Source: Terriglobia bacterium (GTDB lineage: Bacteria; Acidobacteriota; Terriglobia; 20CM-2-55-15). Taken from it: 64,000 nucleotides of DNA. Location: assembly GCA_965198225.1 (NCBI GenBank), contig CBDAOY010000009.1, forward strand, positions 608,001 through 672,000. Reading direction: 5' to 3'. A program made the position numbers and the translations under genes. Below are positions 1-11,107 of this stretch, in pieces. The notes under the pieces were generated by a model. That model worked only from the letters and a program-made list of their open reading frames with translations, was not told the DNA's origin and made no database searches. How positions within the stretch are numbered: the stretch's first letter is position 1; the number at the start of each line of letters is the position of its first letter.

Positions 1-1218
1 CTGGTGCCGGCCGTAGTCGATGCCCTGCAGACGAATGTCTCCGAGGCTTTCCTCGATAAAACCCCCGAGTTCGGTCCCACGTTTGCGGATCAGGGTCTGG
101 ACCTTCTTGGGTGTGTCAGGATCGAAGAGGACGAAGTCCAGCTTGCCGCGTTTCGAGGGATTCCACTCCCATACTCCGACAACCGCACCGTTGTTGATTA
201 CCGTAGCGATCGGATCGTTGATGAGCTTGCCCTTCCATCGCGAAAAAGGCTTGTCGGAATCTTCGTTTCGCACGAACCGGCTGACGACCTCCCGCTGACC
301 CTTGAGGAAGATGTCCCGGTATGGAATGAAGTTGACCTGCGGCGACTTGGCGGGGGCGAAGTCGGAGAACTGCTCGAGTTCCACTTCGCTGATCAGGAAC
401 TCGTCCTTGCTGTTTTCAACACTGAGGGACTTCAACCGTGGTCGGACCTCCGCGGCCGCTCTCATGGCGTCGGTGACGTTCACGCCGGCCCACCATGCGA
501 AATCCTTGACCCTCGCCGGCCCTTCTGTCCGGAAGTACTGCGCCGCCAGCTCGATGTTTGCCTGTTCGGTCTGCAGGTTGTACGGGTCGACTTCGGGGAG
601 GACGTCGCCGAGGAGGGCGAAGGAATACTCGGTCGAGTCGAGACGCTTTCGGGACTGGATCTTCAGGACCCGCCCCTCCTCTTTCAGCAGGTTGATGGCC
701 AGCCAGAGGCTGCCGGTCAGGCCGATCCGTCTCAATTCGCCCGGAAACTGTCGGACCAGAGAGGACGGGACCTCATCGAGGATCTCATCGTGGTTGAGCC
801 GACCGTTTTCCAGAGCGATCAGGACCGAGGCTTTCAGCCGCTCCATTTCGCCGTCGGTAATGGGCATCAGAGGCCGGGCCTGCTTGGCGAGCTCGGTGAA
901 AGTCCTGCTCCGTATCTTCAGGGCGATCGGCGCCTGAGAGCGGGGTAGCAGCATCGTGCAGCCGCGGAGCGTCTCCAGCTGGACGAGCTTTCGATCCTTG
1001 AACACGAGTCGATCGAGCGTTGCGCGCCGGAACTTGGGCATCCGTGCCCGGACCGAGAGATACGGAGTGGAACAACCGGGCGAGTAGATCCATCCGACAG
1101 TCTTCACCAGATCGACGATGCTCCGGCCGGTGAATGGCCTGTCGAGCCATTGGCGGTGCATCCGCCATGCATTCAAGTGATTGACGGAGAACGCTTTATT
1201 CGATCTTTTGCTGGTCAT
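1..1218 (-). CDS. AlkZ/YcaQ-like winged-helix (HTH_42) DNA glycosylase family protein, 3' end outside the window
   Basis: Absent from the ORF track because no stop lies in the window. Manual translation from ATG 1218: MTSKRSNKAFSVNHLNAWRMHRQWL...GWIYSPGCSTPYLSVRAR...YFRTEGPARVKDFAWWAG...FIPYRDIFLKG...VINNGAVVGVWEW. GPA-DF-WW-G and the C-terminal G-VVG-W are HTH_42 hallmarks. Confidence 0.8.
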   Translation of the reverse strand, partial: MTSKRSNKAFSVNHLNAWRMHRQWLDRPFTGRSIVDLVKTVGWIYSPGCSTPYLSVRARMPKFRRATLDRLVFKDRKLVQLETLRGCTMLLPRSQAPIALKIRSRTFTELAKQARPLMPITDGEMERLKASVLIALENGRLNHDEILDEVPSSLVRQFPGELRRIGLTGSLWLAINLLKEEGRVLKIQSRKRLDSTEYSFALLGDVLPEVDPYNLQTEQANIELAAQYFRTEGPARVKDFAWWAGVNVTDAMRAAAEVRPRLKSLSVENSKDEFLISEVELEQFSDFAPAKSPQVNFIPYRDIFLKGQREVVSRFVRNEDSDKPFSRWKGKLINDPIATVINNGAVVGVWEWNPSKRGKLDFVLFDPDTPKKVQTLIRKRGTELGGFIEESLGDIRLQGIDYGRHQ

Positions 1219-1363
1219 CAGGCTGACTGGCGGTTGATCATTCCAGACAATCGGGTCAACAGTGCCGATACCCTCGCGGTGGCTTGTGGGAGCAGACTGA
1301 TATGCTACACTCGCCTGTCTAAATGGAGGCCACTATTCTAGTGTCGAGCGGAAGGTAAGTCAA

Positions 1364-1762
1364 ATGAACCCTGGATTTGTGGGCCTTCGACACGCAGCCC
1401 TCCAGGTGCGTGACTTGAACCGGTCACAGGACTTCTACACCCGCGTCTTGGGCATGCATCTGGAATGGAAGCCCGATTCCGAAAACGCGTACCTGACCTC
1501 CGGGACCGACAACCTGGCTCTCCACCAGTTGCCGGCCGGTACCGAGCCCGGTGAAACCCAGACTCTCGATCACATCGGCTTTGCGGTGCCCCGCATCGAA
1601 GACGTCGACGAGTGGGCCGATCGCCTCAGGGCCCTGGGCGTCGAGTTCGTCAAGCCCCCGAAGACACACCGCGACGGCGCCCGATCGTTTTATTTCCACG
1701 ATCCCGATCGAATCTTGATCCAGTTGATTTATCACGCGCCCATCTCGGATGGGCGCGAGTAG
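1364..1762 (+). CDS. VOC/glyoxalase family protein
   Basis: LRHAALQVRDL...FY..VLG, LDHIGF, SFYFHDPD motifs. Confidence 0.88.
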   Translation: MNPGFVGLRHAALQVRDLNRSQDFYTRVLGMHLEWKPDSENAYLTSGTDNLALHQLPAGTEPGETQTLDHIGFAVPRIEDVDEWADRLRALGVEFVKPPKTHRDGARSFYFHDPDRILIQLIYHAPISDGRE

Positions 1763-1838
1763 TCAGTAATCAGTAGTCAGTTGCCCGATCTCCAGCCCGA
1801 TTCTTTAACTGACTACTGACAGCTGACTACTGACTACT
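1758..1838. repeat. Intergenic palindromic heptamer repeat, family A (CAGTAGT)n...(ACTACTG)n
   Basis: Left arm AGTAGTCAGTAATCAGTAGTCAGTT; right arm AACTGACTACTGACAGCTGACTACTGACTACT. Confidence 0.9.
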
Positions 1839-1850
1839 TCTTGATATAAT
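1823..1850 (+). promoter_or_regulatory. Putative sigma70 promoter (CTGACT-16 nt-TATAAT, with TGn extension)
   Basis: Perfect TATAAT at 1845-1850 preceded by TGA; GGAGG RBS at 1868-1872. Confidence 0.5.
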
Positions 1851-1884
1851 CCGTATCCACCAATTGTGGAGGTAACCATCGGCC

Positions 1885-3322
1885 ATGGCTTCTTTGTCCG
1901 AACAGTTTGAACGGTCTGCGGCGTGTGGCGCTCGTCGACGAAGTGGGGCGGTCCTGGTCCTACGGTGAACTCGCCGATGAGGTGGGTCGTCTGGCCGGGC
2001 GGTTTCGAGAGGTTCCCGGGGACACCGCGGGCATCCTGCTGCTGAATTCCCAACGGTACGTGGTCACAATGCTGGCGCTCTGGAAGGCCGGGAAGACCGC
2101 CGTTCCTCTCAACTACCTGCTGCCGCCCCCCGACCTGGGGTTCATATTGAAGGATTCAGGGATGGCGAGTTTGGTGGCTTCAAAGTTCTTCGACGAGGCG
2201 CTCCAGAAGATAAGGCCGCTTTTCGGGGACCGGGGCACCATCCTGATGGCGGATGACCCGGACTTCATTCCGACCGGGGCAGCCGAGGGCGGAAATAGCC
2301 ATCGGGATCCGGCATTGTTCCTCTACACCTCGGGCACCACCGGCCGGCCGAAAGGCGTCATTCTTTCTCACCGCAACCTGGCGGCCAATGTCGCCTCCTG
2401 CCAGCAGGCCGGGGCTTTCGGCCCGGAGGACAGTTTTCTTTGCCTCCTCCCCTTTTTCCACACTTACGCCATCACCGGCACGATTCTGCTGCCCTTGCTG
2501 AACGGGAGCAAGATAGTCCTGGTCGAGAGGTTCCATCCGCTCAAGGTCCTCGAGCTGATCCAGGAGCAGCAGATCACCTGTTTCCTGGCAATCCCTTCGA
2601 TGTACCGGGTCCTCGCCGGCACGGAAGCGGAATTCGACGTCAGCTCGCTTCGCTTCCCGATATCGGGAGGCGAACCTATGCCGGTCGCCGTAGCCGAGGC
2701 GTTCGCCAAACGGTTAGGAGTGGACATATTTGAGGGCTATGGTCAGACCGAAGCCGCGCCTGTCGTTTCGCTGAACACACCGGCTGCGCGGAAGCTTGGA
2801 ACCGTGGGACGGGCCCTGCCCGACGTCGAGATCGCGATCTGGAACGACAAGAATGAGGTCCTCGGGAGCGGAGAAGTAGGCGAAGTGATGGTTCGCGGAC
2901 CGAACGTGATGGAGGGGTACTACCACCTGGAGGAAGAAACAGCCAAGACCGTCACCGACGGCTGGCTACACACGGGAGACCTCGGGACGATGGATTCAGA
3001 GGGTTTCGTGTCGATCACGGGGCGGCTCAAGGAGATGATCATCTCGGCCGGCGAGAACATATTCCCGCGCGAGATCGAAGAAGTGCTGGTCCACCACCCA
3101 TCAGTGAAGGAAGTCGCAGTGATCGGCGTGCCCGACGAAGTCCGCGGAGAGGTGCCCAAGGCTTTCGTAATCGCCCAGGAAGGAACCTCCCCCGAAGACA
3201 AGGAACTGCGAAGTTTCTGTCGGGAGAAGCTGGCCAATTACAAGGTCCCCAAGATCGTCGAGATCGTGGAGGACCTGCCACGAAATCCGACTGGGAAAGT
3301 GCTCAAGCGCATGCTGAAGTGA
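1885..3322 (+). CDS. Long-chain fatty-acid--CoA ligase (AMP-binding enzyme), probable frameshift near 1920
   Basis: YTSGTTGRPKG, GYGQTE, GWLHTGD, PRNPTGK motifs. The RBS-supported ATG at 1885 (MASLSEQFERSA) is out of frame with the main ORF 1907-3322. Confidence 0.88.
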
Positions 3323-3329
3323 GTTGCCT

Positions 3330-3410
3330 GTAGTCAGTAGTCCGTTATACTTAGGATCAACGGTTCGGATCGGGTGCCAACTGACGACTGAGTACTGACT
3401 ACTGACTACT
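3330..3410. repeat. Heptamer palindromic repeat, family A
   Basis: GTAGTCAGTAGTCCGTT ... AACTGACGACTGAGTACTGACTACTGACTACT. Confidence 0.88.
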
Positions 3411-3423
3411 TCTTCTGTATAAT
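3395..3423 (+). promoter_or_regulatory. Putative sigma70 promoter of the ferredoxin gene (CTGACT-17 nt-TATAAT)
   Basis: TATAAT at 3418-3423; -35-like hexamer lies inside the repeat arm. Confidence 0.5.
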
Positions 3424-3497
3424 GGCGTCTTTTTGGGTGGCAGCCGCGCGGGTCGCGAACTGTCAACCCCGCAGCATTCAAACCTAAGGAGATCGAG

Positions 3498-3767
3498 ATG
3501 ACCTACATCATCGGTTCGCCGTGCATCGACACGAAGGACACGGCCTGTGTCGACGCCTGTCCGGTGGACTGCATCCATCCAAAGAAGGATGAGGACGACT
3601 TCGAAAAGCAAAACATGCTCTACATCGACCCGGAAGAGTGTATCGACTGTGGCGCCTGCGAGCCCGCCTGCCCCGTAACGGCGATCTGGCCCGAGGACAA
3701 TGTTCCCGACGATGAACAGCAGTACATCGCGGTGAACTACGAGTACTTTGGTCAGACACCCCCGTAG
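3498..3767 (+). CDS. Dicluster (7Fe-type, FdxA-like) ferredoxin
   Basis: MTYII..C...KD.ACVDACPVDCIH and CIDCGACEPACP motifs; AGGAG RBS. Confidence 0.93.
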   Translation: MTYIIGSPCIDTKDTACVDACPVDCIHPKKDEDDFEKQNMLYIDPEECIDCGACEPACPVTAIWPEDNVPDDEQQYIAVNYEYFGQTPP

Positions 3768-3790
3768 AGGATGGCCGGTCGGTGATCTGA

Positions 3791-3820
3791 AAAAGGGCGG
3801 CATATGCCGCTCTTTTTTTT
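3791..3820 (+). terminator. Rho-independent terminator and target site of the group IIC intron
   Basis: AAAAGGGCGGCA-TA-TGCCGCTC followed by T8. Confidence 0.9.
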
Positions 3821-3821
3821 G

Positions 3822-5747
3822 GTGCGCCAGGCATGGCGCGCAGCGCCATGAATTGGCGCTGGATAACCGGGGAGCGAAAGCGAACCGGGAAGTGACTAGG
3901 AGGTGAGAGTCCTCTGGGGGCCTTGATGACAGGAACCCTTAGCCGATGTGGCAACTGCGTCCGAGCAATCGGGGGTGGGAAGGAAGCCATAGGCAAAACT
4001 CTGGCCCGAGGCACACGAACCGCATAAGAGGCAGGCGTCAGGTGGGCGAAGAGGCCAACAGATCGGAAGCCCAATGTCATCCGGACCGGGCGTTTGTAGA
4101 TGCGGCGGGTAGATGGAGTGAAAGTCACGTGCCTTACCCTGGGAGATCCGTTGTCTTGCTGGGAACAGCTAGAGTCGTCGAGAGGCGGCGCGATGGGGCG
4201 GCGGAAGTCAGCCACGGTCATAGTAGCCCGGCGGAGCCGGGGTGAAGGACCACACATGGAGAAGAGACCGACACGGAGCGTTCGATGCGAAACGGAGACG
4301 CAGACAAGAGGGCTGAGAAGCCGGAACCGAACCGGAAGGATAGCGGCGGAACCGTGACAGATACGGATGAGGGGCGTCAAACTCGCACGGCACGTCACGA
4401 GCAAGTCGGGATCGAGGAGGGAATGCTACTGGAGAAGGTGCTGGAACGGGAAAACGTTCTGGCCGCATACCGACGCGTCAAGGCCAATAGCGGGGCGGCG
4501 GGAATCGACGGGATGACCGTTGAGGACCTGATGCCGCACTGTCAGATGCACTGGACGCGAGTCCGTCAAGAACTGCTCGACGAGACGTACCGCCCCCAAC
4601 CGGTGAGGAAAGTCGATATTCTGAAACCGGACGGAGGGATACGGACGCTGGGCATTCCGACCGTGATGGACCGGATGATTCAACAGGCTCTGCTTCAGGT
4701 TCTCCAACCCCTATGGGATCGGACGTTCTCGGAAGATAGCTACGGCTACCGACCGGGACGAAGCGCCCAAAAGGCGGTGGTGCGTGCCCGGGAACACATT
4801 CGAGCCGGACATCGCTGGGTGGTGGACCTGGACATCGAGAAGTTCTTTGATCGCGTCAACCATGACGTGCTGATGGCACGCGTGGCGCGACGAATCAAAG
4901 ACAAACGGGTGCTTCGATTGATTCGGCGCTATCTACAGGCCGGACTGATGGAGGGCGGGCTGGTGTCGCCCCGGGCAGAAGGGACGCCGCAAGGCGGCCC
5001 CCTCTCGCCTCTGCTGTCGAACCTGTTGCTGGATGAACTGGATCGGGAGTTGGGGAAACGTGGGCACCGCTTCGTTCGTTATGCCGACGATGTGAATGTG
5101 TACATTCGCTCCGAGGCAGCGGGTCAGCGGGTCATGGCATCGCTGGAATGTTTTCTGGACAGGAGACTCCGGCTGAAGGTGAACCGGGCCAAAAGCGCCG
5201 TGGCGCGGCCGTGGAAGCGAAAGTTCCTCGGGTACAGTTTCACGGCGCATCGCGAGGCCAAACTGAAGGTTTCGGATTCGTCGTTAAAACGACTGAAAAT
5301 GAGACTTCGGGAGATCACGCGAGCCGGGCGAGGCCGAAGCCTCGCTCGCACGATCGGAACACTCATTCCCATCATTCGGGGTTGGGTGGCTTACTATCGC
5401 TTGGCGGAGGTTCGAGGCAGCTTCGAGCGACTGGATCAGTGGTTGCGCCGCCGGCTGCGGTCGATCTTGTGGCAGCAGTGGAAGCGGAACCGAACACGAT
5501 TCCGGGAACTCACTCGACGCGGTATTGCGACCGCTCGGGCTCGGACCTCGGTTTCCAACGGGCGCGGGCCTTGGTGGAATGCGGGCGCCAGCCATATGAA
5601 TCAGGCTGTCCCCGCCTCTGCCTTCCGTCGCCTGGGTTTGCAATCCTTCTCCGAGGTGCATTCCCGACTTCAATCTTTATGAACCGCCGTATACGGAACC
5701 GTACGTACGGTGGTGTGGGAGGCGGGCGTTAAGCCCGCCTACCCGAT
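3822..5747 (+). mobile_element. Group II intron, bacterial class C (IIC)
   Basis: 5' end GTGCG directly after a terminator; domain V GAACCGCCGTATACGGAACCGTACGTACGGTGGTGT; domain VI hairpin GGCGGGC-GTTAA-GCCCGCC; 3' end ACCCGAT. Confidence 0.92.
4285..5682 (+). CDS. ltrA: Group II intron reverse transcriptase/maturase without endonuclease domain
   Basis: GAAGIDG, RTLGIPTVMDR, GTPQGGPLSPLL, RYADD, maturase X domain GWVAYY; start codon uncertain. Confidence 0.95.
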   Translation: MRNGDADKRAEKPEPNRKDSGGTVTDTDEGRQTRTARHEQVGIEEGMLLEKVLERENVLAAYRRVKANSGAAGIDGMTVEDLMPHCQMHWTRVRQELLDETYRPQPVRKVDILKPDGGIRTLGIPTVMDRMIQQALLQVLQPLWDRTFSEDSYGYRPGRSAQKAVVRAREHIRAGHRWVVDLDIEKFFDRVNHDVLMARVARRIKDKRVLRLIRRYLQAGLMEGGLVSPRAEGTPQGGPLSPLLSNLLLDELDRELGKRGHRFVRYADDVNVYIRSEAAGQRVMASLECFLDRRLRLKVNRAKSAVARPWKRKFLGYSFTAHREAKLKVSDSSLKRLKMRLREITRAGRGRSLARTIGTLIPIIRGWVAYYRLAEVRGSFERLDQWLRRRLRSILWQQWKRNRTRFRELTRRGIATARARTSVSNGRGPWWNAGASHMNQAVPASAFRRLGLQSFSEVHSRLQSL

Positions 5748-5769
5748 GCTTGGGGAAACTCAGGGGGTC

Positions 5770-6030
5770 CAATTGCAAATCGCGATATTTGAACAATCCG
5801 CATTGCAGGTTGCTCATTGAATATTGCTTCAATTTCAAATCGGCGGAGGTTGCGGTGGTGAGTAGGCATTGCCGAGAGGTGCCCAAACGGGCCGTCTCGG
5901 AAAACCGCGAACTCCGCCGGATCATTGCGGCGTCGGTCAGAACCTCCCGAGGCTCCAACCAATGACAAATCCAGCAATTTCCGATCTCTAATTTCGAATG
6001 CGGATTTGTCCATTGACCAGTTTGCGATAG
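5770..6030. other. AT-rich imperfect palindromic element carrying a possible remnant of a four-helix-bundle protein gene
   Basis: Ends ATTGCAAAT.../...TTTGCGAT with CAATTTC/AATTTCG units; internal + strand frame reads SENRELRRIIAASVRTSRGSNQ*. Confidence 0.35.
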
Positions 6031-6144
6031 GTTCCTTCTTTTCACCGAACACTTATTCAAGAACCGGCCCTTGTGTTTGATGCCACGGGCTGCCAGGACG
6101 TTCGTGGTATAAGTGCGAATCCAGGTTCAAAAGGATCGAAATGC

Positions 6145-8097
<1,953 letters not shown>

Positions 8098-8103
8098 GAG
8101 ACA

Positions 8104-8931
8104 ATGGACTACGGCCGCTCTTCGATTGGTCTGACGCGGCCACGGCTGATCCGATCCGCGATCGGCCTGGTTCTGGCGATAGTGACGCTCGCAAATCCCT
8201 CTGCCAGCGCGGTGGGACCCGACGGCGGCGTGACCCTGGAATACGTGGCCCACGCGTCTTTCCTGATCCGATCCCCCGGCGGGGCCGAGGTCCTGATCGA
8301 TCCCTACGCGAGCCGGGTCTGGTTGGGTTACGACTTTCCAGAGGGGCCCGACCCCGATGCGATTCTGATCACCCATCCCCACTACGACCACGACGGTGGC
8401 CGTTACCGCAACCTGCCGCAATGGTGGGAACCCGACACTCGGGTGATCGATGGTCCCGGCGACTACCTCGTCGGGGACATCCGCATCGAGGGGATTCGCG
8501 GAAAGCATGCGGACCCCTACGGCAAGGAATTCGGACAGGTCAACACGATCATGGTCGTCGAAGTCGGCGGGCTGCGGATTGCCCACGTTGGTGACAACGG
8601 CCCACTCAGCGCGGAGAACGTGCGGCTTCTGGGCGAAGTCGACATCCTGATGCTGCCGATCGACGCCGACTACCACATCCTGCGCGAAGAGACGATCCGG
8701 GAGATTCGGGATGCGCTCAAGCCGAAGGCGCTGATACCGATGCACTACCGGATTCCTGCCGTGGAGACCGACCCATCCAGCCCGAGCGATCTGGGCGAGA
8801 TCGAACCGTGGCTGGAAGGCAAACAAAACGTCCGGCGTCTGGGGAGCCACACCGCCCACCTGCGACCGGAGGATTTACCAGGCGATCAGATCCTCGTTTT
8901 CGACCATTCCCCTCTGGTCATCCGGCCCTGA
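8104..8931 (+). CDS. Secreted MBL-fold metallo-hydrolase
   Basis: THPHYDH, HVGD, IPMHY motifs; N-terminal signal peptide. Confidence 0.85.
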   Translation: MDYGRSSIGLTRPRLIRSAIGLVLAIVTLANPSASAVGPDGGVTLEYVAHASFLIRSPGGAEVLIDPYASRVWLGYDFPEGPDPDAILITHPHYDHDGGRYRNLPQWWEPDTRVIDGPGDYLVGDIRIEGIRGKHADPYGKEFGQVNTIMVVEVGGLRIAHVGDNGPLSAENVRLLGEVDILMLPIDADYHILREETIREIRDALKPKALIPMHYRIPAVETDPSSPSDLGEIEPWLEGKQNVRRLGSHTAHLRPEDLPGDQILVFDHSPLVIRP

Positions 8932-8955
8932 ACTCCCAACAAAGCAAGAAGAAAT

Positions 8956-9015
8956 AACCACGGAGGCACAGAGAAAGAAAATCAAGAACCTCCGTGTCTC
9001 CGCGCCTCCGTGGTT
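8956..9015. repeat. Palindromic intergenic repeat, family C
   Basis: AACCACGGAGGCACAGAG ... CTCCGTGTCTCCGCGCCTCCGTGGTT between convergent genes. Confidence 0.75.
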
Positions 9016-9039
9016 TAGGTTCCCCAAGCCCGACGCGGG

Positions 9040-9681
9040 TCAAACGCCGACTCTGGGGCAGTGCCTTTCGATCACGCAGGCGTCGCACTTCGGCTTTCGG
9101 GACGCGCAGGTCGTCCGGCCGTGGCGTTGGATGAGCTGGCAGAACTGGACCTGACTGGCCTTGGATACCACTTGGGTCAGGGCGGCTTCGACTCGATCGG
9201 CATCCTTTTCCCTGCTCAACCCCAGCCGGCGCGCAAGCCGGCCGACATGGGTGTCGACGCCGATCGCCGGTTGCCCGAACGCGTTTCCTCGGAGAATGTT
9301 TGCGGTCTTTCGCCCGACTCCGGGCAGTTCGAGAAGGTCTTCCAACTCCTCAGGCACCTCTCCGTCGTGCCGGTCCACGAGCATCCGGGTACACGCCTGG
9401 ATCGCTTTGGCCTTGTTCCTGTAGAAGCCGGTCGAGCGGATCTCCTCTTCCAGTAGATCTCGGTCCAGTTCCGCCCAGTCCTTCGCCGAACGGTATTTCC
9501 GAAACAGGACGGCCGTGACCTGGTTGACCCGATCGTCGGTGCATTGGGCGGCCAGAATCAGCGCGATCAGCAGGTCCAGAGGCGTGGCGAAATCGAGAGC
9601 GAGGCGAACATCCGGGTAGGATTTCCGGAGTAGCCGGACGATCCTGGTGACACGTCTCTTGCCCTCGGCAACCGTTTCCAT
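9040..9681 (-). CDS. nth: Endonuclease III
   Basis: AQCTD, HhH LPGVGRKTAN, VDTH, C-terminal [4Fe-4S] C-x6-C-x2-C-x5-C. Confidence 0.95.
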   Translation of the reverse strand: METVAEGKRRVTRIVRLLRKSYPDVRLALDFATPLDLLIALILAAQCTDDRVNQVTAVLFRKYRSAKDWAELDRDLLEEEIRSTGFYRNKAKAIQACTRMLVDRHDGEVPEELEDLLELPGVGRKTANILRGNAFGQPAIGVDTHVGRLARRLGLSREKDADRVEAALTQVVSKASQVQFCQLIQRHGRTTCASRKPKCDACVIERHCPRVGV

Positions 9682-9712
9682 GGGCTGTGATTATGTGGTA
9701 GCTTCACCGGCT

Positions 9713-10618
9713 ATGCAACACGTCGCAAGCGTTGGTTTCATAGGGCTTGGGATCATGGGCAGGCCCATGGCCCGCAACCTCTTGAAGGCCGGATATTCTC
9801 TGATAGTCCACAACAGGAGCCCGGCCGGCGTCCAGGAACTGGTGAACGCCGGAGCTCGGAGTGCGGCCTCGCCGGTCGAGGTTGCGCGGCAGTCCGATTT
9901 CGTCGTGACCATGTTGCCGAATTCTCCAGACGTCGAGCAGGTGGCACTCGGAGAAGCCGGGCTGGCGGAGGGCGTCCGCGAGGGAGGGTTGCTCATCGAC
10001 ATGAGTACGATCAATCCGCTCGTGTCGCAGAAGGTCGGTCAGATTCTCGGAGAGAAGCGTGTGGGGATGCTGGACGCGCCCGTCAGCGGTGGAGAGCAGG
10101 GCGCGATCGACGGCATTCTATCGATCATGGTGGGTGGTGAGCTTTCCGATTTCGAGCGAGCTCTCCCGCTGTTCGAAGTCATGGGCAGGACGACTACACA
10201 CATGGGCCCGCTCGGCAGCGGCGGGTTTACGAAGCTGGCAAACCAGATCATCGTCGCGATCAACCTCACGGCGATCGGTGAGGCGCTCGTGTTCGGTGCC
10301 CGTTCGGGGGTGAATCCGCGGAAGATGGTGCAGGCCCTGTCGGGCGGGTTGGCCGGCAGCCGCTGCCTGGATCAGAAGGCCGACAAGATTCTGCGGGGGG
10401 ACTTCGGCCCGGGTTTCAAGATCGATCTCCACGCGAAGGACCTGGGTTTGATCCACGATGCCGCCCAGTCGCTTGGTGTGCCGATCCCGACGACCGCGAT
10501 CGTCCAACAGTTCTTCACCGCTCTCCAGGGACGGGAGCGGGGAGGTTACGATCACTCCGGCCTCATTACGTTCTTCGAAGATCTTGCGGGGATCGAGGTT
10601 CGGGACGAGAACTATTGA
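9713..10618 (+). CDS. 2-hydroxy-3-oxopropionate (tartronate semialdehyde) reductase / beta-hydroxyacid dehydrogenase
   Basis: GFIGLGIMG, DAPVSGG, KLANQ, GFKIDLH.KDL. Confidence 0.9.
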   Translation: MQHVASVGFIGLGIMGRPMARNLLKAGYSLIVHNRSPAGVQELVNAGARSAASPVEVARQSDFVVTMLPNSPDVEQVALGEAGLAEGVREGGLLIDMSTINPLVSQKVGQILGEKRVGMLDAPVSGGEQGAIDGILSIMVGGELSDFERALPLFEVMGRTTTHMGPLGSGGFTKLANQIIVAINLTAIGEALVFGARSGVNPRKMVQALSGGLAGSRCLDQKADKILRGDFGPGFKIDLHAKDLGLIHDAAQSLGVPIPTTAIVQQFFTALQGRERGGYDHSGLITFFEDLAGIEVRDENY

Positions 10619-10631
10619 TAGCAGAGAAGAA

Positions 10632-10719
10632 GGCCACGGATTTCACGGATTGCACGGAGAGGAAAAGCCTCCTTCAGATAGACCAACCCTGATCCGCCTA
10701 AATCCGTGCAATCCGTGGC
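10632..10719. repeat. Palindromic nonamer repeat, family B
   Basis: GCCACGGATTTCACGGATTGCACGGA ... TCCGCCTAAATCCGTGCAATCCGTGGC; second copy at 24777-24868. Confidence 0.85.
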
Positions 10720-10750
10720 TGGATTCTGTTCCACTTAGGAGGCGCCACGC

Positions 10751-11065
10751 ATGCTGCGTCACATGGTGTTGTTCAACCTCAAACCGGAAATCGGTCCCGA
10801 CGAGAGGGATCATCTCTTCGGCCAGGTGCAGAAGCTGTCCGAGATCGAATCGGTTCGCACGCTGGCTATCGGGAAACTACTCGAGCCCAGCGATGATACC
10901 TACAGGGACCACATGACGTCCGACTACGGCTACGCCCTGCTGATCGATTTCGACGACGAGGCTGGGCTCTACGCGTACCAGAAGGAGCCCTATCACGTCG
11001 GGGTCGGGCAGGAAATTCGCAAGCGCGTGTCGACGATCAAGGTCATGGATTTCTGGACACCGTAG
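10751..11065 (+). CDS. Dabb family (stress-responsive alpha/beta barrel) protein
   Basis: MLRHMVLF, F.DEAGL.AY...P.H, final DF motif. Confidence 0.85.
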   Translation: MLRHMVLFNLKPEIGPDERDHLFGQVQKLSEIESVRTLAIGKLLEPSDDTYRDHMTSDYGYALLIDFDDEAGLYAYQKEPYHVGVGQEIRKRVSTIKVMDFWTP

Positions 11066-11107
11066 ACTACCTTCTATTTGAAACGAAGTTTCATTCGAAC
11101 CAGGAAA

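Noticed and set aside
4-948. Long + strand ORFs 4-948 and 302-937
   Set aside because: Antisense shadows of the minus-strand AlkZ-like gene; no recognisable motifs.
4285-5682. RT as a retron, DGR or defence RT
   Set aside because: Maturase domain, domain V/VI RNA and terminator insertion identify a group II intron.
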